IMG/VR virus record: IMGVR_UViG_3300018424_000013
From: an uncultured virus (IMG/VR IMGVR_UViG_3300018424_000013)
Lineage: Duplodnaviria; Heunggongvirae; Uroviricota; Caudoviricetes
Strand: one strand, 5' to 3'
Length of the DNA: 64,000 nt
Shown here: piece after piece, positions 1 through 6,754 of the stretch
Position numbering within the stretch: position 1 is the first letter of the stretch
Layout of the letters: each line of letters begins with the position of its first letter
Made by a program: the position numbers and the translations under genes
The notes under the pieces: generated by a model
Seen by the model: the letters and a program-made list of their open reading frames with translations, nothing else
The model's database searches: none
What the model was told of the DNA's origin: nothing

Positions 1-137
1 AGTGCTTTAAGTATATCATCAAGCTCTTTAGAGTATGCATCATTAATAGACTGCATATCTTCTGTCATTTTACGAAGACTGCTTACCATTAATGATGCAT
101 CTTTAATTCTTTTTTTATGTTTATTAGTTAATGCCAA
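1..137 (-). CDS. partial hypothetical protein (runs off left edge)
   Basis: Open frame read by hand from TTG at 137: (M)ALTNKHKKRIKDASLMVSSLRKMTEDMQSINDAYSKELDDILKAL..., starting just after the stop of the upstream gene. Confidence 0.5.
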   Translation of the reverse strand, partial: MALTNKHKKRIKDASLMVSSLRKMTEDMQSINDAYSKELDDILKA

Positions 138-139
138 TA

Positions 140-376
140 TTATTCATCCGTAACAATTTCTTTTTCAAAATTCTTTTGTTCAATATCTTTTAACATGTCC
201 TGAATACTTTTTTCAAATAATTCATTAGTTTCAGGTGAAGGGACCAAATAATCTTCATCATTTTTTACCAAAGACAAAAGTCTTAAATGATCGACTATAT
301 CAGTACCACTAAGTATTGCTACTTGAATAATTTTAGCTATATGTGCTATTGTTTCGTCAGACAGTTTTAGGCTCAT
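140..376 (-). CDS. hypothetical protein (likely start MSLKLSD at 376)
   Basis: ORF 140..427; GGAG Shine-Dalgarno precedes the ATG at 376; overlaps the end of the glycosylase gene. Confidence 0.7.
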   Translation of the reverse strand: MSLKLSDETIAHIAKIIQVAILSGTDIVDHLRLLSLVKNDEDYLVPSPETNELFEKSIQDMLKDIEQKNFEKEIVTDE

Positions 377-1196
377 TGTTATCTCCATTAGTTTGTACCT
401 TAGGCGACCAATGCGTTGTTCTACCATCAGGTGTTTTTATTTTTTCTACTAAGTTTCCTTCAGGGTCACTTTTTTGATTATACACTAAAAAACGCCGGGA
501 GTAATTACCTAAATTGCCATTAATGTCACTATAAGATTTAAAAGTTGCACCACCTTCTTCAAAACTGGTTCTTAAAACTTTTTTGACAGATCTGTTCAAC
601 ACTGCTAATTCACCATCTTCTAAATCAGATATTTTAGCATTAGGGTTTATTTTTGACAACCATAGACTATCAGCTTTTACATAATTCCCTACGCCAGCAA
701 TAACATGTTGATCCATCAAAGCTTTGCAAATATTCCATTTATTTTTAGCTCTTAGTAGGGTAATAAAATTTTGGTCTGATATATCTTCCACTAACATATC
801 TGGCCCTAATCCTTCTAGTTTATCAACTAAATAATCCTTACCAAAATCAAAACGAATTGTGCCAAAGTTTCTAGTGTCATTATAGTACACACGTGAATTA
901 TCACTAAAACAAAACTCAACACGAGAATGCTTTTGTTTTTCAATTGAAAAATTGCCAGTCATGCCCATAGTAAAACTAATGATTAACTGATCTTCTCTAC
1001 CTAGTGCATAAATGTATTTTCCATGAACACCAGCACCAACCATTTGTATTGGCAATTTAGGTTTCAAGTCATGAAAACCTTTTGGTGCTTCTCTTGAATA
1101 CTTGCCACTAAGGATATTAATATCAACTAGTGTCTTATATGATATTGCTTTTGCTAAACCTAAAGCAAACGTTCTACATTCTGGACCTTCCGGCAT
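357..1196 (-). CDS. mutM: Fpg/Nei-family DNA glycosylase/AP lyase
   Basis: N-terminal MPEGPE catalytic motif, GKY, GMTG, D-x-RNFG, LGPD, H2TH motif LMDQ..IAGVGNY..., C-terminal GRTTHW without Zn-binding cysteines (zincless finger). Confidence 0.93.
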   Translation of the reverse strand: MPEGPECRTFALGLAKAISYKTLVDINILSGKYSREAPKGFHDLKPKLPIQMVGAGVHGKYIYALGREDQLIISFTMGMTGNFSIEKQKHSRVEFCFSDNSRVYYNDTRNFGTIRFDFGKDYLVDKLEGLGPDMLVEDISDQNFITLLRAKNKWNICKALMDQHVIAGVGNYVKADSLWLSKINPNAKISDLEDGELAVLNRSVKKVLRTSFEEGGATFKSYSDINGNLGNYSRRFLVYNQKSDPEGNLVEKIKTPDGRTTHWSPKVQTNGDNNEPKTV

Positions 1197-1251
1197 ACAT
1201 ACTCCCTTTGTTAATTAGTTTGTATAGTACTATACCGTGTTAAAACATATT

Positions 1252-1572
1252 TTATAAATATTTTAATAGCGCAAAAACCATACCCATGAAAACTTGTACT
1301 GCAGCAAAAATCGTAGTTGCTTTAGTTGCAAACTTTTTTAGATCATCAACATCATTCTTCATTTCTTTCAACTGAGAAGGGCTAGCTATTTCGTCTACTC
1401 TTTCTTTCCACTGCAATAAACCACTTACCCTATCTTCTCTTTCTTTTAAAACTGCAATTTCGTTTTTTAAGTCATTAATCTGTTCATTTAAAGATTCAAT
1501 TGATTTATTAAGTGTCTCTAACTCTTTTAGGACTAGTTTAGAATACTCAGCCCAGCCTTCATTGTTTGTCAT
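1252..1572 (-). CDS. coiled-coil protein with C-terminal transmembrane helix (possible holin-like)
   Basis: Heptad coiled coil followed by hydrophobic TIFAAVQVFMGMVFALL; function is inference. Confidence 0.6.
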   Translation of the reverse strand: MTNNEGWAEYSKLVLKELETLNKSIESLNEQINDLKNEIAVLKEREDRVSGLLQWKERVDEIASPSQLKEMKNDVDDLKKFATKATTIFAAVQVFMGMVFALLKYL

Positions 1573-1651
1573 TTTAATTCTCCGAATATTAAATACAAAA
1601 ACTGAACTACCTTTTATATAAATATTATAGAAAAATCAAAATCGATTTTAA

Positions 1652-2374
1652 TTACACAGATAGGAATTCTGCTTTAAGATCCTCATCTGAAAGATTATTT
1701 ATCCATGCATTCACAGTTATTGGCCAATGTTTTTTTGCAATTTTTAAGCATGCTTTTGCCACTTGCTGTATTTCCCACTGAGCACCATCGTGAAGTCTTA
1801 AGGCACAAAACTTTAAAAGGTTATTTAAATTACAAGTCCCGTAGTATTCCGTATATAAACACTGAGGTAAAATCATCCTAGCTTGTTCTCTACAAACACC
1901 AACATCTATTAGATCATTAAACGTTTGCAAACAATCACTAATTCTGCACTCTAATAATTCAGATGCTTTTATCAAACTTAATGTTGGGTAAACCCGGGGA
2001 TTGATTAATTCATCCGGATTAGAAGCTTGTCTATTACTTGTATGCTGTGTTCTAAATTTTTTAGGTTTGTAAAAATTTAAGTTAACATCTGTATAACGCC
2101 TGCTTATTTCATTGTAAGACCATGTTCTGTGTCTGTGATGTTGAGACCTGATAAATAAAGGTACGACAAACCTAAAAGTTATAACATTGTGCTCTAATGT
2201 GCTAGTGTGCTTATGTTTTATGAGATAATTAATTAATTTTTTATCTTTGTCATCAACATTATCTTTCTGTTTGCCAAAAGAAACACGAGCACTATTTACT
2301 ACAGTGATGTCTTCGCCCATGTGTTGTACATATTCTACACTTCCAATTCCGTCATTATATATTTCTATTTTCAT
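1652..2374 (-). CDS. thyX: FAD-dependent thymidylate synthase ThyX (likely start MKIEIY at 2374)
   Basis: ARVSF, HTSTLEH, RHRTWSYNEISRRY signature, REQARMILP, AQWEIQ. Confidence 0.96.
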   Translation of the reverse strand: MKIEIYNDGIGSVEYVQHMGEDITVVNSARVSFGKQKDNVDDKDKKLINYLIKHKHTSTLEHNVITFRFVVPLFIRSQHHRHRTWSYNEISRRYTDVNLNFYKPKKFRTQHTSNRQASNPDELINPRVYPTLSLIKASELLECRISDCLQTFNDLIDVGVCREQARMILPQCLYTEYYGTCNLNNLLKFCALRLHDGAQWEIQQVAKACLKIAKKHWPITVNAWINNLSDEDLKAEFLSV

Positions 2375-2396
2375 TTTACTTCTACCAATGTTATAT

Positions 2397-2497
2397 AAAA
2401 AAGAGATACGGGTTTTTTTTGATGGTCTCCACCGGCTTTTGAAAGCAAGCATCTCGTCGTGCCCGTATCATGACCATATGTGACTGCAACTACAGTC
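2397..2497 (-). ncRNA. candidate structured RNA (pseudoknot-like) between lipoprotein gene and thyX
   Basis: GC-rich intergenic segment with two interleaved perfect helices (2405-2412/2462-2469 and 2422-2427/2472-2477), small hairpins, an A8 linker and a U-tract; not matched to any family I recognise. Confidence 0.45.
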
Positions 2498-2499
2498 TA

Positions 2500-2664
2500 T
2501 TACTCTGCTTCTTCTGTCTCACCGCTTTCCGTCTCTTCAGTTTCTTCAGTTTCTTCTGCTTCTTCTGCTTCTTCAACAATCTCTACCTCTCCAGTTTCTT
2601 GTGCAATGGCAGTGTCTTCTTTATCATCGCCGCATGCAAATAAAAATAATACTGATAAAATCAT
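2500..2664 (-). CDS. small acidic lipoprotein (54 aa; not in ORF track)
   Basis: Hand translation MILSVLFLFA-C-GDDKEDTAIAQETGEVEIVEEAEEAEETEETEETESGETEEAE; lipobox LFAC; GGAG SD upstream. Confidence 0.8.
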   Translation of the reverse strand: MILSVLFLFACGDDKEDTAIAQETGEVEIVEEAEEAEETEETEETESGETEEAE

Positions 2665-2713
2665 ATGTTCTCCATTTTGTTTGTGGTCTTCTCTCGACCG
2701 GTTATAATAATTT

Positions 2714-3586
2714 TTAATAATTTTTGATTAAGACCTCTGTTGCTTTCGCACCAAAGCCTTTGTTGTGTCTTCCTGCTGTGTATTTAACATTGTTAAATAT
2801 TTTAAAATTCCAAGTATGATCAAATCTAGATGAAAACCAATTATCAACTTCTTTGTTACTCATAGAAACCAAGTTACCACTTTTTGAAACTAATTTACAC
2901 GTATCAACCAATAATGCTTGTTTGTCATCGTTAAAGCTACTACCATATCTCTGCACAGTGTCTCTATAAGGTGGGTCACAATACAACCATGCGTTCTCAT
3001 ATGATAACATACATTTTTCAAAATCATCACAAGTAATTGTAAATGATCTTAAATAGTCAATATATTTTCTTAATCTACTTTCGCTAAAAGTCACAGAGTT
3101 TCCATTGCTTTTTTGAAGCCCCGAAGGAGTTGCATATCTGTCGCCTGATTCTTTCATTGTTTGCCATATGCCATTAAAGCCCGTTTGGATTAAATATAAT
3201 AAGGTAGCATTTTCTTTTATTCTACCAAGTTTTGCATATTGTAAACGATACTCATCTCGTTTTTGATAGTACATTTTCTTTCTATCACTAACATTCAAAA
3301 CAGAATATTGTGCGATTATTTTATTATATTCTTTTACAAAGTCTTCTGTATCACTGATCATTGTTTTATACATTTCGACTATATATCTATTATTATCATT
3401 TAAGACTATAGGTAAATTTGGATACCGGTCACGAACCCACATAGAAACACAACCAGTGCCACCAAAAACATCTACAAATAAATCATGTGAAGTGCTAGCC
3501 GGAAAAAAACCAGCACTTACATACTTTTCATACATTCTGTTTTTTGCACCTGCCCACTTAAATGGTGGTTTAAAATTATTTTTCAT
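2714..3586 (-). CDS. dam: DNA adenine methyltransferase (Dam/D12 class)
   Basis: PFKWAGAK, DVFGGTGCV (motif I), GFNG, CDPPY (motif IV), TEVLIKNY; start MKNNF at 3586. Confidence 0.9.
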   Translation of the reverse strand: MKNNFKPPFKWAGAKNRMYEKYVSAGFFPASTSHDLFVDVFGGTGCVSMWVRDRYPNLPIVLNDNNRYIVEMYKTMISDTEDFVKEYNKIIAQYSVLNVSDRKKMYYQKRDEYRLQYAKLGRIKENATLLYLIQTGFNGIWQTMKESGDRYATPSGLQKSNGNSVTFSESRLRKYIDYLRSFTITCDDFEKCMLSYENAWLYCDPPYRDTVQRYGSSFNDDKQALLVDTCKLVSKSGNLVSMSNKEVDNWFSSRFDHTWNFKIFNNVKYTAGRHNKGFGAKATEVLIKNY

Positions 3587-4646
3587 TGTTTCTTCCCGAG
3601 CATTCAATTGTACCACTACAGCTGTTTTCTATTATAGCAATAGATACAACATAAGGATTGGCATTACTGGCGGGTCTTCTGTCTTCTAAGTAACCTTTAT
3701 AACCATTGCGCACAAAATCATTCGAAACCCTAATTGATGCGCCTCTATCAGCAATACCGTAAGTGAAAACATCAATATGCTGTGTTTCATGCCTACCAGT
3801 CAATCTCATACTGTTGCCTTCGCCATAATCTTTAATATTAGCATGATGCTTTTCTTTAAAAATACTCATTAAATCTTTAAGATAAGTTTCTCCGCCAGTT
3901 TCTCGCATGTACTCGTTTGAAAAATTAGTATGCATACCACTCCCATTCCAGTCACCGTCGATTGGCTTTGGATCAAAGTTAATATCATATCCATAATCTT
4001 CTGCTAATAGTTTTAAAACATACCTAGAAATTATTACATCATCAGCCGCTTTCAAAGGTGACTTACCAAATATTTGATATTCCCATTGACCAATAGCAAC
4101 TTCCGCATTTGTGCCAGTAATATCCATCCCCATGTCAATACAAGCTGACATGTGTTGGAGAGTTAATTTACGACCAACAGCTTGATTTGTTCCTACACCA
4201 CAATAATATTGGCCTTGAGGTCCAGGAGTTCCCATTTCCGGAAAGCCAAGCGGTCTTCTATTCTTTGTAATAAAATATTCTTGCTCAAAACCTAACCAGA
4301 AATGATCATGCAAATATTTTTTATGTAATTTTTCTAACAAATGTCTTTTATTAGTAACGTGTGGTATACCATTTGCATTGTAAACTTCGCAAAGTACAAC
4401 AAAGTGGTTTTTTATTGAATATGGCCACCTATAAACTCTTACAGGTTTCAACAAACATTCAGAGTTATCCCCCTCTGCTTGTTTTGTAGAAGAGCCATCA
4501 AAATTCCAATCAGGTATTTTTGATATTTCAGGCATGTTATCACCAAAACTAAAATCTATATCAGCAGTATTGACAACCTTTATTTTTGATCTTAGATTCT
4601 GTGTTTTATATCCATCTAGCCAAACATATTCTAAAATAGTTTTCAT
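3576..4646 (-). CDS. glnII: glutamine synthetase type II
   Basis: EYVWLDG, LRSK, WNFDGSST, GFEQEY, PGPQGQYYCG, NAEV..GQWEYQ, DWNGSGMHTNFS, RLTGRHET, RGASIR, YLEDRRPASN. Confidence 0.95.
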   Translation of the reverse strand: MKTILEYVWLDGYKTQNLRSKIKVVNTADIDFSFGDNMPEISKIPDWNFDGSSTKQAEGDNSECLLKPVRVYRWPYSIKNHFVVLCEVYNANGIPHVTNKRHLLEKLHKKYLHDHFWLGFEQEYFITKNRRPLGFPEMGTPGPQGQYYCGVGTNQAVGRKLTLQHMSACIDMGMDITGTNAEVAIGQWEYQIFGKSPLKAADDVIISRYVLKLLAEDYGYDINFDPKPIDGDWNGSGMHTNFSNEYMRETGGETYLKDLMSIFKEKHHANIKDYGEGNSMRLTGRHETQHIDVFTYGIADRGASIRVSNDFVRNGYKGYLEDRRPASNANPYVVSIAIIENSCSGTIECSGRNNEK

Positions 4647-4707
4647 TATATCTCCAAATTAGTAATCTTATAGTAATAAGATTATACCAATTTAGAAACA
4701 ATGTACG

Positions 4708-5595
4708 TTATTTATTTTTAATATCTTCTATCATTGACCAAATATCGAGACCGGCACAGTCAATCTTTCGCGAAGTTATGTGATAGTGAGAACAAAAGCC
4801 TTTAAACTTACCTTTTTGTAAATCTTTGTCGACAGTGTCTTTGCTATTTGGTGCAACTAAAGGTATGCCCACAGCATTATGTATAGCTGACCACAGTGCT
4901 TTTGCAGCTTCCAGTTGCACATCATAAAAACCTGTAAAGGGCTTCATGCCTTTCCCATGTACTGTAGCATTGTCAATTATAGGTCTTTTTCCAAAACCAT
5001 TTTTCTCATACCATCCTTGATATTTAGGATAATATGCGTTGCTTATTTCAACACCAATAGATGCTGCATTTGAAGTACTTGAACCAGCATGAAAACATAT
5101 ATCATTACAATCTGCTAACTGATGAATACAACCATCATTGTCAATACAGAAATGTACTGATATATTGCGCTTGTTTAAAACTCTTACACAACTTTCACTA
5201 TTTAAACAAACATCCCAATGATTTACAAAATATTTAATATTTCTTTTCTTAGACTGCCTTCTCATAGCACCAGTTAATTTTAAACAATTATCATCATTAT
5301 ATGTGCTAACTTTATCCCATTCTATAGGAAACGGTTGTCCCATATAATATATAAACTTTGAACCACTTTTTACTTTTTGAAAAACATGATCACGCAACAT
5401 GTCTTGATCTGCTTGTATTCTTCTATAAGTCCCGGGGCCACACATTCCATCGGCCGTCATGCCATGAGCTCTTTGATATGCTCTAATAGCATTAATTAAT
5501 TTGTTATCAAACTGGTCATGACCCGGTATAAACCATTGTGGTTTCCACCCTAATTTTGAAGCGGACGCCTCATTGTAAAAAACTTTATCCATCAT
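4708..5595 (-). CDS. endolysin: N-terminal peptidoglycan-binding domain + N-acetylmuramoyl-L-alanine amidase (Amidase_2)
   Basis: AIRAYQRAHGMTADGMCGPGT (PG_binding_1), FVNHWD, SVHFCIDNDG, FHAG, SIGVEI, SHYH...KIDC. Confidence 0.88.
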   Translation of the reverse strand: MMDKVFYNEASASKLGWKPQWFIPGHDQFDNKLINAIRAYQRAHGMTADGMCGPGTYRRIQADQDMLRDHVFQKVKSGSKFIYYMGQPFPIEWDKVSTYNDDNCLKLTGAMRRQSKKRNIKYFVNHWDVCLNSESCVRVLNKRNISVHFCIDNDGCIHQLADCNDICFHAGSSTSNAASIGVEISNAYYPKYQGWYEKNGFGKRPIIDNATVHGKGMKPFTGFYDVQLEAAKALWSAIHNAVGIPLVAPNSKDTVDKDLQKGKFKGFCSHYHITSRKIDCAGLDIWSMIEDIKNK

Positions 5596-6059
5596 TTTAC
5601 TCCAACAGTAGATTTAACTCTTTGCTGTAACTTGTATACATATGATTCATACTCATTGGCTAAAGACATAATTAAATCGTCAGTGCCAAGAGTTAAATCA
5701 CCACTTGCCTTAAGCGTATTATAAGTTGCAGTTAAATATTTTATATAATCTTTCATAATCGCAAGTGCATGTGCAGCTATATAAGTAGCATCTTTATTAC
5801 AAGGTGATGGATAGTTATTTACGTGTTTCATACAACATTTACAGAGATGCAATGGACATGATACAGATTCATCATCACATATGCCAATAGATTTTTCTAC
5901 AATGACGTCAAAGTCAGCAAAAAACTTTTGATATATGTCTCCATATAATAAATCATGATCTCCAGCAAACCCTGTGCCTTTAGTACAATGGTGAGCTGAT
6001 TGAAACCACATCTGTACACATTTGTGCATTCCAATCCAATCCATTAGCATCTCTTTCAT
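5592..6059 (-). CDS. Dps/ferritin-like protein
   Basis: AHHCTKGTGFAGDHDLLYGDIY...FDVIVEK resembles the Dps ferroxidase helix motif; four-helix-bundle size. Confidence 0.75.
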   Translation of the reverse strand: MKEMLMDWIGMHKCVQMWFQSAHHCTKGTGFAGDHDLLYGDIYQKFFADFDVIVEKSIGICDDESVSCPLHLCKCCMKHVNNYPSPCNKDATYIAAHALAIMKDYIKYLTATYNTLKASGDLTLGTDDLIMSLANEYESYVYKLQQRVKSTVGVK

Positions 6060-6068
6060 AAATGTCTC

Positions 6069-6674
6069 CTAACCAACAAAATTAATTTCACACTTACTAA
6101 TTATGTGGAACTTCGGCATTTTTATGTGATCTGTCAAACCTATTGCAATTGCTTCTTCCGGGGTGACAAACCAATCTGCCCGTCCTCTATTAAATACTTC
6201 TTTGTTGAAATAACCGGGATCTTTTCCGCAATTTGTATCTAAAATTTTGTAAATCTTTTCGTTTAATCTTTTTGTTTCATCAGCACTTGCTTGTAACTCT
6301 GCATTTTTACCATACTGCATAGAAGAAACATCATGTATCATTAATGTTGCATCTTCAGTTACATATCTATAACCTTTTGTGCCGCAAGAAGCTAATAACA
6401 CACCACAGCTCATTGCTTTTCCTTCAACTATAGTAGCTATTGGCAAAGTTGAAGCTTTTATTGAAGCAATCATTGACATCAAACTATAAACTTGACCGCC
6501 GTAACTGTCAATAACAATAGGAATAACGTCTTGCCCAGTGTTGTGTGCTAACCCAATTTGCTTAGAAAAATCAGATGCTGATTGTTCATTAAATTCATTA
6601 ACGCGAATAATAACAGGGTTGTGTCTTAGTTGTAATTCGAGAATATTCGAACCATGTTCTGTTGTCCAATGCAT
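6069..6674 (-). CDS. clpP: ClpP-like serine protease
   Basis: IDSYGG, GKAMSCG (catalytic Ser), LMIHD (catalytic His), DWFVTPEEAIAIGLTD. Confidence 0.88.
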   Translation of the reverse strand: MHWTTEHGSNILELQLRHNPVIIRVNEFNEQSASDFSKQIGLAHNTGQDVIPIVIDSYGGQVYSLMSMIASIKASTLPIATIVEGKAMSCGVLLASCGTKGYRYVTEDATLMIHDVSSMQYGKNAELQASADETKRLNEKIYKILDTNCGKDPGYFNKEVFNRGRADWFVTPEEAIAIGLTDHIKMPKFHIISKCEINFVG

Positions 6675-6695
6675 ATTTTGTCCTTTTGTTAAATT

Positions 6696-6723
6696 AAAAA
6701 TGGGTACAAATTAATTGTACCCA
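6696..6723 (-). terminator. intrinsic terminator after nrdJ
   Basis: Stem TGGGTACAA/TTGTACCCA followed by U-tract on minus strand. Confidence 0.7.
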
Positions 6724-6754
6724 AATAAGTAAAATGTCTAAATAATATATTAAA

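Noticed and set aside
2375..2452. N-terminal 26-aa extension of ThyX in the ORF track
   Set aside because: No ThyX-like content and it runs through the structured element; the second Met (2374) gives a typical ThyX length, although its SD is weak
2397..2497. Assignment of the structured element to a known riboswitch or ribozyme (ZTP, ykkC, c-di-GMP-II, HDV-like, hammerhead)
   Set aside because: Only short partial resemblances (CAAAAGCC, GGGCAC); core consensus elements such as CUGANGA, P1.1 or the ZTP 3' hairpin are missing
2480..2707. 75-aa plus-strand Ser-rich ORF
   Set aside because: Antisense of the Glu-rich minus-strand lipoprotein, which has the SD and lipobox
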